DNA of 64,000 bases from Octopus vulgaris (GCA_951406725.2 OX597826.1:6634001-6698000), one strand, 5' to 3'; positions 28,965 to 41,298 are shown, counted from the stretch's first letter. Made by a program: numbers and translations. The notes: generated from the letters alone by a model not told the origin.

Positions 28965-30778
28965 TTATACATACATAAATATGAGCGTGTGTGTGTGAAT
29001 TCGTACGTGTGTATGCATAAATACATACATATATATACCAATAATATTACGGATAATAATCAGAAAAAGAAAAAATATGAGGAGGAAAAAGAGGAAGAGG
29101 AGGATGAGGAGGAGGATGGGGAGGAATGGGAAAATATGATGGTAACGTAGGTGGTGCTAGCAGTGGCAGTGGACGAGAGAGAACGAAGAGGAGGCGTAGG
29201 AGTGGAGGAGGCGGAGGAGGTGGAGGAATGGAAGAGACGGAGGAGTGGAGGAGGTGGAGGAGGCGCAAGCGGAGGATAAGGAGGCGGAAGGGGAGGGTAT
29301 ATATACAGTTGAATTCAATTATAAGAGTGTAATTTAGAATTCATTGATTCTTTGCTTTGCTTAGAGAAATTAGATACATCCAACTTTGATCATTTACAAC
29401 AGTCAAACAGGCCATTCAATGGCATTTTAAAATTAATCTAAACACACGAATTGGATTGAAACTTTCTTATACGCTCTGATTAAATCTTTGGCATAAGTAT
29501 CTCTACAGGAACATATCTACATTTACACCTACACTGACAGATATACCGACAGAGAAAGGTACTGACACATACACACATACATACACACACACAAACATAC
29601 CCATGCACACACACTCTGTCAGGAAACATACATACACTTTCTCACCCACATATAATATATATATATGCATATATTTAGACATACATACTTCTACCTACAC
29701 ATCTAGCTCTCTCTCTCTCTATGTGCGTGGGTCTATGGATACATAGGTGCATACATACACACACACAGACACACACACACACATATATATATATGCATAT
29801 ATTTATATCTTTGTATATACATATACATGTATACGTATATGTACGTATGTATACATACATGTATGCCTACCTACATATAATACATACATGCATACATACA
29901 CATGTACGTATTTCATTTCAGATTACAAGATAAAAAAAAAGCCAACATAGTGAAGAAATATTATTTATATTATGTTCGAATGTTTATATTCATTTCAATG
30001 TTATTTGGGAGAAATTTGGTTACATTTATGTAAAATTCGAATTGAAATTTCAGATCTAAACTTCAAGGAAATTCTAAGAAATTTTATTCCGTATGTTAAG
30101 TTACAGAATAAAGAAAATATTTAACACCTTTATCTATTTTGATTATAAATGTTATTTGATTCTATTTTAGTTTCTTCACGTTGTGATTTGCCTGTTCTAA
30201 ATCAGGTTTCTTTCGCTTAAATTTTGTATTTGACTTCGTTTTTATTATAGAACAATATATGTAACAGTGATTAGTGAACGCGTATATAGAAACGTTGTCG
30301 CAATATCACATCGCGGTTGCTTATCCGCCATTTTTGTTTGTTTTTTTTCCAAATGAATAAATGGAATCAAATGTATCTACATATAATATTAATATAAGAA
30401 TGTTTTCACACCACAGTATAATTGGATGTAATGTGTTTTATAATATTTATTCATTTACGTATTTATATGTGATGATATTATAATGCCCGGCTACCTAACA
30501 ACCTGTATCATTTCTCAGCTTCATTTTTCTAATATCTATGATTGACAATATTTTTTTTCCTGTTAGCATTTTAAATACGATTATCGATTTATCTGAATAT
30601 AGAGATCTAGTTACATCTAAATTATATTTATCCAACATATCCCTCCGTAAAACGTTATATATATCATACCACATTGATCAATTTATATGTATAGCATAAC
30701 TGTATATTCATGTATCTATCTCTTTGTATATGTACACATATATACTTCTATATATATATATATATATATGCACACCCC

Positions 30779-30828
<50 letters not shown>

Positions 30829-30842
30829 GTGCGTACGTGTTA

Positions 30843-30883
<41 letters not shown>

Positions 30884-31179
30884 TTGTGCACGCACACACA
30901 TATACACATATATACACTCGTTTAATTTTCAATACTTGAAACTCTCCTCCAACGAAGAAGCAGGTTTATGACAAAGATGAGAGTAGAAAACTCCATCGCT
31001 ACATTATAGATGCGGAAAACAACGTCATATTTTGAACTTGAGAATAAATTATAAATAGAGATCGTAACATCGAATGTCAGGTGGCTGATTTCTCTTTCTG
31101 GAAACTCTCAATTTAGATATTGTCACTTAGATACCTATGAAAAATGTTATTTTCCTATATATATATATATATATATATC

Positions 31180-31355
31180 TATTAGACACTAAACATTTTT
31201 TCTATTTTCTCTCCCTGTTTATTTCTCTGTTCCTTTCTGTTGAAAAGCATAGGCTTGAAACGTAAAAAACTTTCTCTCTTCCCGAGCGCTAAAATAAAAA
31301 ATCTGTTTGATGTTTACACACCCGTCTTCGTTTTTTGATTTTTGTAAATTCTCAC
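31180..31355 (+). mobile_element. Family B repeat with a minimal hammerhead-like motif (31232-31270)
   Basis: CTTT-CTGTTGA-A-AAGC(ATAG)GCTT-GAAA-CG-TA-AAA; homologous to 12440-12630(-). Confidence 0.6.
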
Positions 31356-31655
31356 TATATATATATATATATATATTTCAAAAATTGAGGGTAAAATTAA
31401 TTAATTAATCAATTTCACCAAGTATTCAGTATGCAAAGGGACCATTTAAGGCGAATTCAAATTATTACATTATATAAAAGGGCTTAGTAAAATAAATTAC
31501 TTTGCCGCATACTGAACTCATTAGAAATAGCAGCTAAAAAAACTTTTTTAAAACTATTTCCAATACTTAAAGAAAACCTCTCTCATATAGTGTTTGCTCA
31601 ATTCAACTCACGAAAGTATGGGGGTAGAGACATTAAAAAATCAAATGCAAAGGTT

Positions 31656-31716
31656 ATTTGAGAACGTACGTTTCAAGATTAGTCAAAATCGACACTTCTA
31701 TCATCAGCTCAGAATT
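31656..31716 (-). ncRNA. Type I hammerhead ribozyme motif, unit 1
   Basis: Minus: AAUUCUGAG-CUGAUGA-UAGAAGUGUCGAUUUUGACUAAUCUU-GAAA-CGUACG-UU-CUCAAAU. Helix I UGAG/CUCA, extended to 7 bp with one bulge; helix II AGA/UCU plus GUC/GAC; helix III palindrome ACGUACGU; predicted cut after GUU (between 31663 and 31662). Atypical U-U at 10.1/11.1. Confidence 0.75.
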
Positions 31717-32214
31717 CCCTGGTTTGGATTTGAAAACACTGAAAGTAGGAGCATACCCTTTCGGCTTGTTATCGCTTCTGAAGATCTGCTCGAAACTAAA
31801 CAGTGGCAACAAACTCAAATATGCAAGCGAAGAATTTCTACTCTCCCCTTTCCACCAGCGTGGGTTAAAATCAGCAAACACTATGCTTTTTTCGGTAAAA
31901 TCCGAGACATTAAGTAGAGAGAGATGAATTATAATTTCAACAATTGAGGGTAAAATTAATCAATTAATCAATTTCACCAAGTATTCAGTATGCAAAGGGA
32001 ACATTTAAGGCGAATTCAAATTATTACATTATATAAAAGGGCTTAGTAAAATAAATTACTTTGCCGCATACTGAACTCATTAGAAATAGCAGCTAAAAAA
32101 ACTTTTTTAAAACTATTTCCAATACTTAAAGAAAACCTCTCTCATATAGTGTTTGCTCAATTCAACTCACGAAAGTATGGGGGTAGAGACATTAAAAAAT
32201 CAAATGCAAAGGTT

Positions 32215-32275
32215 ATTTGAGAACGTACGTTTCAAGATTAGTCAAAATCGACACTTCTATCATCAGCTCAGAATT
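32215..32275 (-). ncRNA. Type I hammerhead ribozyme motif, unit 2
   Basis: Identical to unit 1 motif. Confidence 0.75.
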
Positions 32276-32773
32276 CCCTGGTTTGGATTTGAAAACACTG
32301 AAAGTGGGAGCATACCCTTTCGGCTTGTTATCGCTTCTGAAGATCTGCTCGAAACTAAACAGTGGCAACAAACTCAAATATGCAAGCGAAGAATTTCTGC
32401 TCTCCCCTTTCCATCAGCGTGGGTTAAAATCAGCAAACACTATGCTTTTTTCGGTAAAATCCGAGACATTAAGTAGAGAGAGATGAATTATAATTTCAAC
32501 AATTGAGGGTAAAATTAATTAATTAATCAATTTCACCAAGTATTCAGTATGCAAAGGGACCATTTAAGGCGAATTCAAATTATTACATTATATAAAAGGG
32601 CTTAGTAAAATAAATTACTTTGCCGCATACTGAACTCATTAGAAATAGCAGCTAAAAAAACTTTTTTAAAACTATTTCCAATACTTAAAGAAAACCTCTC
32701 TCATATAGTGTTTGCTCAATTCAACTCACGAAAGTATGGGGGTAGAGACATTAAAAAATCAAATGCAAAGGTT

Positions 32774-32834
32774 ATTTGAGAACGTACGTTTCAAGATTAG
32801 TCAAAATCGACACTTCTATCATCAGCTCAGAATT
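32774..32834 (-). ncRNA. Type I hammerhead ribozyme motif, unit 3
   Basis: Identical to unit 1 motif. Confidence 0.75.
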
Positions 32835-33332
32835 CCCTGGTTTGGATTTGAAAACACTGAAAGTGGGAGCATACCCTTTCGGCTTGTTATCGCTTCTGAA
32901 GATCTGCTCGAAACTAAACAGTGGCAACAAACTCAAATATGCAAGCGAAGAATTTCTACTCTCCCCTTTCCACCAGCGTGGGTTAAAATCAGCAAACACT
33001 ATGCTTTTTTCGGTAAAATCCGAGACATTAAGTAGAGAGAGATGAATTATAATTTCAACAATTGAGGATAAAATTAATCAATTAATCAATTTCACCAAGT
33101 ATTCAGTATGCAAAGGGAACATTTAAGGCGAATTCAAATTATTACATTATATAAAAGGGCTTAGTAAAATAAATTACTTTGCCGCATACTGAACTCATTA
33201 GAAATAGCAGCTAAAAAAACTTTTTTAAAACTATTTCCAATACTTAAAGAAAACCTCTCTCATATAGTGTTTGCTCAATTCAACTCACGAAAGTATGGGG
33301 GTAGAGACATTAAAAAATCAAATGCAAAGGTT

Positions 33333-33393
33333 ATTTGAGAACGTACGTTTCAAGATTAGTCAAAATCGACACTTCTATCATCAGCTCAGAATT
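33333..33393 (-). ncRNA. Type I hammerhead ribozyme motif, unit 4
   Basis: Identical to unit 1 motif. Confidence 0.75.
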
Positions 33394-33890
33394 CCCTGGT
33401 TTGGATTTGAAAACACTGAAAGTGGGAGCATACCCTTTCGGCTTGTTATCGCTTCTGAAGATCTGCTCGAAACTAAACAGTGGCAACAAACTCAAATATG
33501 CAAGCGAAGAATTTCTGCTCTCCCCTTTCCATCAGCGTGGGTTAAAATCAGCAAACACTATGCTTTTTTCGGTAAAATCCGAGACATTAAGTAGAGAGAG
33601 ATGAATTATAATTTCAACAATTGAGGGTAAAATTAATTAATTAATCAATTTCACCAAGTATTCAGTATGCAAAGGGACCATTTAAGGCGAATTCAAATTA
33701 TTACATTATATAAAAGGGCTTAGTAAAATAAATTACTTTGCCGCATACTGAACTCATTAGAAATAGCAGCTAAAAAAACTTTTTAAAACTATTTCCAATA
33801 CTTAAAGAAAACCTCTCTCATATAGTGTTTGCTCAATTCAACTCACGAAAGTATGGGGGTAGAGACATTAAAAAATCAAATGCAAAGGTT

Positions 33891-33951
33891 ATTCGAGAAC
33901 GTACGTTTCAAGATTAGTCAAAATCGACACTTCTATCATCAGCTCAGAATT
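33891..33951 (-). ncRNA. Type I hammerhead ribozyme motif, unit 5
   Basis: One change in the helix I 3' arm (CUCGAAU), which still pairs with AUUC(U)GAG. Confidence 0.75.
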
Positions 33952-34133
33952 CCCTGGTTTGGATTTGAAAACACTGAAAGTGGGAGCATACCCTTTCGGC
34001 TTGTTATCGCTTCTGAAGATCTGCTCGAAACTAAACAGTGGCAACAAACTCAAATATGCAAGCGAAGAATTTCTGCTCTCCCCTTTCCACCAGCGTGGGT
34101 TAAAATCAGCAAACACTATGCTTTTTTCGGTAA

Positions 34134-34173
<40 letters not shown>

Positions 34174-34389
34174 GCTTATAGCTATGTATGTACGCATATA
34201 TGTGCATACATTCATTCATACAAACATAGTAGAAATTAGATCGATCCCTGAGATTCCGGTTCTATGAAAATTTTTTCTATGATCATCAGTATGTATTTTG
34301 ATTATATGTAATATATCTTTTCTTTTATCTTTCAATTTTATGTACGTGTTTGCTTATGCATGTATACACAGGCCCACTCACACGCACAC

Positions 34390-34525
34390 ATGGCTACGTT
34401 TACTTTCTGTCTACCAAATCCCTTCATATAGCGTTGGTCGTCCTCGGGCTATACGTAGAAATCTCTTGCTAGGTTGTCACTCCTTGAGGCCGAACCCGAA
34501 ATCATGTGGTTGCGAAAGAACCGTC
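34390..34525 (-). mobile_element. Decayed SINE family 2 copy
   Basis: ctgtctaccaaatcc...ttggtcgtcctcgggctata...gaacccgaaatcatgtggttg. Confidence 0.65.
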
Positions 34526-34758
34526 CTACAACAGAGCCACGCATTGAGTCTATAATTGTATGTATAATCATTATATTTAACCTCAGTAATATGTATCTGA
34601 GGATGTAATGATAAACCTTATATATTTCGTTCACAGTCTTCTCTGGCCATAAGAACAAACAAAATGTTCTTCGGGAAAAATATCCTCAGTTAACAAGCAT
34701 ATCTAAAGAGATTTTAGCACAGATAACGTATTGCTGCGTTTCTATCTTACACACACAC

Positions 34759-34789
<31 letters not shown>

Positions 34790-34829
34790 TGCGCATCCAT
34801 ACTTATATTCTTTTATTCAGTCATTCTTC

Positions 34830-35600
34830 TATGCGATTCATCCATACACTAGTTTTCATTTTGGAGCACCAGCGTGATTTCTTTCCTTTCCACAGCCATC
34901 TTTAGTGGTTGATCCCTACGGGATAATTGAATTTCTTTTTCAGCACAAATAAATCCCCCTTTTATACTCACTATTGTCACTTTTGACACTGCTACATTCG
35001 TCTCTATTTCATGCCGGTTCGTTGCTTCGTCAGGCATCGTGGTTAGGAGCCTGTCCAATTCCTCTTTGAACAGATTCACATCAACATTGCATACGTTCGT
35101 AATTCTTTTGATCGAGCATTGAAGAGCCGCTGGCTTTTAAACACTAAGATATTGCAGGTCCTGCCCTTTATATTTGATGGAATGAACAGTAACTTTGGTA
35201 AAACGAAATGGCGTCCAGCGTGGGGATTTCTCTAACATTTGATGCCGAAGTTAAGTGCTAGCAATTCCAAGAATTTCCACATGCAAACTGTAACATAACT
35301 TCTCGCCTTCTCTCCAAGGATTAAATTTTTTATCTTCTACCTCTGCTTCGTCTGCGGCACTGTAGCAACCATGTTAGTGTAGTAGCATTGGCTCGCATAA
35401 AATTCCGCTGCTATTTTGACAGTATTCGGTGACCATAAAAGAGAGTAATATTTCAGGCGGCTGAGGGCAACGGTCTTCCATAAGGTGAACATGTCTTCTT
35501 TGTCTCATGTCCTGAACCTCCTAAGTAACCATTCTGTTAAGTGTCTGCACTTTGATGCTACATTGTTATTCTTTACATGAAGCCATATATCATTATATGT
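34830..35600 (-). pseudogene. CR1/Jockey-group LINE RT C-terminal remnant
   Basis: Minus fragments DKEDMFTLWKTVALSRLKYYSLLWSP, ERRRE...ICMWKFLE-like segment, NLFKEELDRLLTTMPDE. Confidence 0.7.
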
Positions 35601-35799
35601 GTTTTTGTGACTCTGGCCATATATATTAAGACTGTGAGGCGCTCGTCAGCTGATATCACAGTGGCTGAAATTTTCCCAGCATTGTATACTGCATTTAGGT
35701 CTCGCTACAAACTGACGACATTGTCACGTTCTTGTATTACTGATCTAAGCATGCATCTGTATGTGTGCGTGCACTTTTGTCCCAAGATAACATCTCATT

Positions 35800-35986
35800 A
35801 GTGACAAGCTTACCTTTCTGCTCATTATACTAGAGGGCGCACACTCTCCTACCCTGATGTAATCTCCAGGGATACAGGCACCCAGCAACAGGACCTCCGT
35901 AATGCTATGATGGACCGTGAAGTCTGGCGTAGCATGGTAAATTCCATTGTCTCGACCACGGTCGATCAATGATGATGATGATGATG
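35800..35986 (+). mobile_element. RTE-type LINE 3' end with (TGA)n tail
   Basis: Translation SYPDVISRDTGTQQQDLRNAMMDREVWRSMVNSIVSTTVDQ* followed by (TGA)n. Confidence 0.75.
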
Positions 35987-36158
35987 CTCATTTTCTGTCA
36001 GGCTGGGTAGAATTTCGTACGTACAAACATTCTTGGACATATGTAATCTATACAAAGGCACTTGAAGGAGTTGCCATATTTTTGCCTAAGGCCAATATCA
36101 AATCCTAATATATGTACATATGTATATGCATGTATATATATATATATATGTGTATATG

Positions 36159-36205
<47 letters not shown>

Positions 36206-36649
36206 TTATGTGTATGTGTATGTTTGTATACATGCATACGCATACAATGCACACACACATATACACACACACATATATATATATATATCAAACATCGTAA
36301 TTTTCTTCATATTTCCCCAACATCTTTCCGAATGCTGGTCAGATCTCTGAGTAATCGTATTTGAGCTTTCATCTTTCTATGTACATGAAAATGCATGTTT
36401 TTGTTTATTTTGGGACCAGGCATTGTACGCTGCCTTTATTTAATTTTCTTTTATTTTTATTTTTTAGTCTTGCTTGCTTCTTCTGACCCATCATATTTGT
36501 CTTTTATTTTATACTTATCTAAATATTCTGCTGCAAAGTTTCCATAGAGAATGACAATTCCTTTGCAAATAATCTTCATATTCCTTGCATTATGCTTACC
36601 ATATTTTTCCCAACTACTTGCACAGTATTAGGAGATTCAACCCTTTTAT

Positions 36650-36666
36650 TTCTTCTTCTTCTTCTT

Positions 36667-36762
<96 letters not shown>

Positions 36763-36769
36763 TTTATTA

Positions 36770-36863
<94 letters not shown>
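36650..36863. repeat. (TTC)n-(TTA)n-(TAG)n compound microsatellite
   Basis: Visible. Confidence 0.97.
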
Positions 36864-36865
<2 letters not shown>

Positions 36866-37004
36866 TTATTTGTATTAATATTACTCCTGCATCTAACGCC
36901 TCTAATTTTCCAACTGTACTAACACAAAGCTACATTCAACCAGACACAAGCAAATAAATAAGGATAATGACAAATACACGCTCGCATACACCTGCTCACA
37001 CACA

Positions 37005-37046
<42 letters not shown>

Positions 37047-39657
37047 TATACATATATATATATATATATATATAGGCGCAAAACAAAACAAAACAATGGT
37101 ATCAATAAAAATAACATCAGCAAAACCCGAACATCACCACCAATGCAAACACCAGCAACAACAACACCACTTCCACGATCCACCACCACCACCACCATTA
37201 CCACCACCACCAACACCATCAACAACAACAACAGCAGAACCAACATCAAGCACATCATCAACAAGGGATAACATGCATAAACCAGGCTATTATACAAAGC
37301 AACGTAGTAGAGCGAGCGCGTCACTGCGAATATATAATAGCAAAGCTGACATCCCAGCATAGTTATCTAGTAAATATGTCAAACCCATCTGTTTATAATT
37401 TCTCGCCAAGTACAAAAGAGATCAAAGCATAACTAAAACTACATTTCTTCATATTATGACAGAGAGATGAATAAGCAATAAAGAGGGGATACAATCACAT
37501 GATTATATACTTTTATACTTTTTAGTAAGTTATCTTATGTATCTATGGCTTTTCTTAGCGATTATTACTGCTTTCCTTTGAATGTTTTTCAGACAAGGTA
37601 AGAAAAAGAAAAGCACCGTTTGGATGGAATTAAACACTACTATCTGTATTTATTGTTGATAATCCGTGTTATTATATCCGAAAAAGATGCAAATCTTCTT
37701 TAAAGTCATCGTTGCTTTTAGTGTACTTTGATAATATTCATGGTAAATTTGCATAGAATGAGATAAGCCTGGAGCTGTAAAGAGTTAGGGAACGAAATTC
37801 GAAACATGTTCGCAACAGTGGAGGTCTAAAAGTACGTAGATGTACAGTTAATGGGAAGGAAAACACATAGAAATTACGGTTTTCGAATAGATTACCTCCT
37901 TTATGCACTGTAAAGTTAGGCTATATTTTATAATCAGTGACTTGCTATACGTAGTATGAGAAGGCAGATGTGATATTACCCGCCTAACTCAAATATAATA
38001 TCCATCTATCAGCTTAACATGCTTCAGGAACATCCAATATGAGACTGTAATTGGGAACAATTCGAAATTGAGTATTAATACTGACCTGAATGTTACAGAA
38101 TGGCAAATACTATTTAATAATTGCGTTGGAAGTCATTTCAAAAGATTTATAATCAATACTTTCTTTCACTGATGCAGACGCTGAGAAATAAGATTAGCGA
38201 TAGAGACAGAAGGAACAAGATCATAAGAGGGAGAAGGAAAGAAACATATTGATTAGGAAATATATACATAATTCCGCAGCAATAAATCCTAGAATATTCT
38301 AGCGTTAATCATAGCAAGAAACTATATCTTTTTTTGAAGTCTTCTTTTATTTCTAAGAAAGTGTTAATATGGATTAATTACATGGATGTGAAACTTGAAT
38401 GCTATAAAGATAGTAAATTATCCTTTATTATTTTCAATCTTACAGAACAATATTAAGCGTGAAACGAATGTGAAATAGATTCAGCTAGACGCCGTATTTG
38501 GTTCCTAAGTTTGCGCTTCTTGTGGTTACTTGAAATATAAACGAAAAGTACAATATTTGACCAACAGCATTGCACATGCTATTTCACCATGAACACGGTT
38601 TCCAGAACGAGTGACAACCATTTCTAAAACCACTTATGCTCTTATTAATTTTAGGACAACAATAATCAATACCACACTCTTATGTCGTGTCCTTTATGTC
38701 AGTATGAAGAAAGTATATCATGACATTTACATGCAACTGATTGTGATGTATACTGTCAGAAATCAATAATTTGAATAGTCCTTAAACAAGTGCCTTACTA
38801 TTTCAGTAATCCATTTTCTATTTCCAGCACATTGTTGATGGGAAGGATATCATGGAGATTCTTAAGTACTATAAAATTGCTTCCCTACCTCTAACTCTTC
38901 CTCTTCCTCATCTTATACTTTCATATCCAAAGAGAAGCAAAAGGAACCAAAGTCTTTGTTGTTCATTTGCCTCACTCAACTAATATATAATACATTTGCT
39001 CAACCGAAAGTGAATAATAAAGGATATCAGAAGAGTAAGAGAACATGTAGTGAGTTAATATAACATGAGATACTATGAAATATCAAATAATAATGTTATG
39101 TTTGGAAATACAAAGTCTGGCCTTTTAAGGATTAACAGCTTTTGGTTGCAATGCTCTATTTTGAAATTTATCATGAATTATCCACAATAACCACGAAGGA
39201 ATTGATTTGTTATGTATCAAATTTCCTCAAGGAAATTCTTCAGATATTCTTTAGATTATATGCTTAAAGGCATTAACTGCCTTATTTGTAACTTGAACGT
39301 ATTCACCACCTATAATAATTAAGGTATCTCATTCTAAATTGTATGTTTACATGAAAGGTTCTTGCGATTTACCTATGTATTTAAGTATAGGCTTTTAGGA
39401 AGAGAGATGGCGCTACGATTGAAATGTAGAGATTTCCAATTATCTCTGACGCTATGATCACATGCATTCGTGATTTACATGTAACATATTCACTTCTTCC
39501 GTTTCCCTTTCATTTCATTAGCTGAATGTCAGAGACCAGGTCGGGTTTTTAATGTCAACTAAAGTAATCAAGACAACTCAACATTCAGCGAGAGAAAATA
39601 GCTGTAAAATATATACAATTACTTCACTTACAACTGCATTGCACACACAAGTATGTA

Positions 39658-39659
<2 letters not shown>

Positions 39660-39743
<84 letters not shown>

Positions 39744-39778
39744 CATATATATATATACATATATATATATATAGATAC

Positions 39779-39812
<34 letters not shown>

Positions 39813-39840
39813 GTATACGTATATGTGTATATATGTATAT
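39660..39840. repeat. (TA)n-rich microsatellite
   Basis: Visible. Confidence 0.95.
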
Positions 39841-40572
39841 ATTTAGAAATGTATGTATTTATGTGTCTATTTGTCGGTATATATCTGTATGCCTATATGT
39901 GTATGTATATCTGTGCGAATTATATATATATATATATACACACACGTAAATATATGGTGCGTGTGTGTCTATTTGTACACGTAGCAGCATCCCTGCAATA
40001 TTGTGAGTATAGATTTCTTGTATATTTACGAAGTGTGTGTGTGTGTGAGAGAGAGAGGGAGAGAGAGAGAGAGAGAGGGATTGGGGGTGAAACAGAGTGA
40101 GGGAGAAAAACGGGTGGACTGACAGAATACACGAGGTTCTAAGGATGTTTCTCTTAATTTTCTTCTTAGCAGTCACTCGGGGACTAAATTGTGGATTAAC
40201 ATATTTTTAAAAGGTTCTAATTTGAAATACGTAACTTCAGAACAAAATTTACCTGAAAGAAGACGTTTATTCTTTTTTTTTTCCTTTTTTGGTGATAAAT
40301 ATATACTATTATGCTACATTAATTTTTATATTTTTGTAAATAAATGCAACAGCTACGAAATTCATTATGTCTCGTATATTTTCACAAAGTATATATTTTG
40401 CAACTCTAATCCCTTAAAGTTAAAACGAAAAGGTTTACCTTATGTCACGAATCTATACATGAAAATAAACATAATCTTATTGTGCAAATGTATGGTCAAT
40501 AATTCTATATCAGTCATAATCTTTAAATTGTATTGGTTGTTAAAATACAGTTTTGGTTGTTAAATTACAATG

Positions 40573-40703
40573 AGAAGAAGAAGAAGGAGAAGAAGAAGAA
40601 GAAGAAGAAGAAGAAGAAGAAGAAGAAGAAGAAGAAGAAGAAGAAGAAGAAGAAGAAGAAGAAAAAGAAGAAGAAGAAGAAAAAGAAGAAGAAGAAGAAG
40701 AAG
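40573..40703. repeat. (AGA)n microsatellite
   Basis: Visible. Confidence 0.97.
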
Positions 40704-41298
40704 AAATGAGAGCAAAATATTTGCATGCTTATCTTATTGGAATGATGAAAGGCTTTTGCAGGCCACCAGGAATGTGGCGTTTACTATTTGATGCTGAAGA
40801 CAGCCACCAGGATTACAAAGATAGACTTATGAATTATTGATGCACCTAACACGCTAATATTTCTCACGTCTGATTCATTTTATATTCTATATTCTAACTT
40901 TCGAAATGCATTGTAGATTGTTTGCCTTGAGATTTTTTTTTCAAATATTATAAAAGGATGGCGTTTATATATGAAGAGATATAATAAAAATTATCAGTAC
41001 AGCATTGTCTATTTTCGGTCTGTAAGACATTATTATTGGCTAAAGGACAATGTGATCTTAGAAATATATACGTAACAACTGGAATAGAACCCCGTATACG
41101 TCACGTTTCATCTTTCAATGAAGATTATGTTCGTAGTGTTATTAAGTCGTATCTTGAAAATGTTCTCGTGTAACTCTGTATTACTTAGAACAAGCAGCAA
41201 TCACATAAACATCCCAATGCATAAACACACTGGTCATGGATGGAAGCATAGAAGCACTCTGTTATTATAATTTATATATGAATATATATGTATGTATG

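Larger units (their letters stand above)
31375..34135 (-). mobile_element. Tandem array of ~4.94 near-identical 559-bp units, each with a hammerhead ribozyme motif (retrozyme-like or pseudo-LTR multimer)
   Basis: Periods 559/559/559/558 (ORF starts 31594, 32153, 32712, 33271, 33829); only a handful of differences between units; (TA)n on both flanks. Confidence 0.9.

Noticed and set aside
31594-31927. 107-aa, 89-aa and 75-aa ORFs repeated in the array
   Set aside because: They recur only because the unit is duplicated; TTG starts, mutual overlap and no recognisable motif. Not excluded without ribosome profiling.
31375-34135. CRISPR array or rDNA/5S/histone tandem repeat
   Set aside because: No unique spacers; no rRNA, snRNA or histone similarity; eukaryotic context
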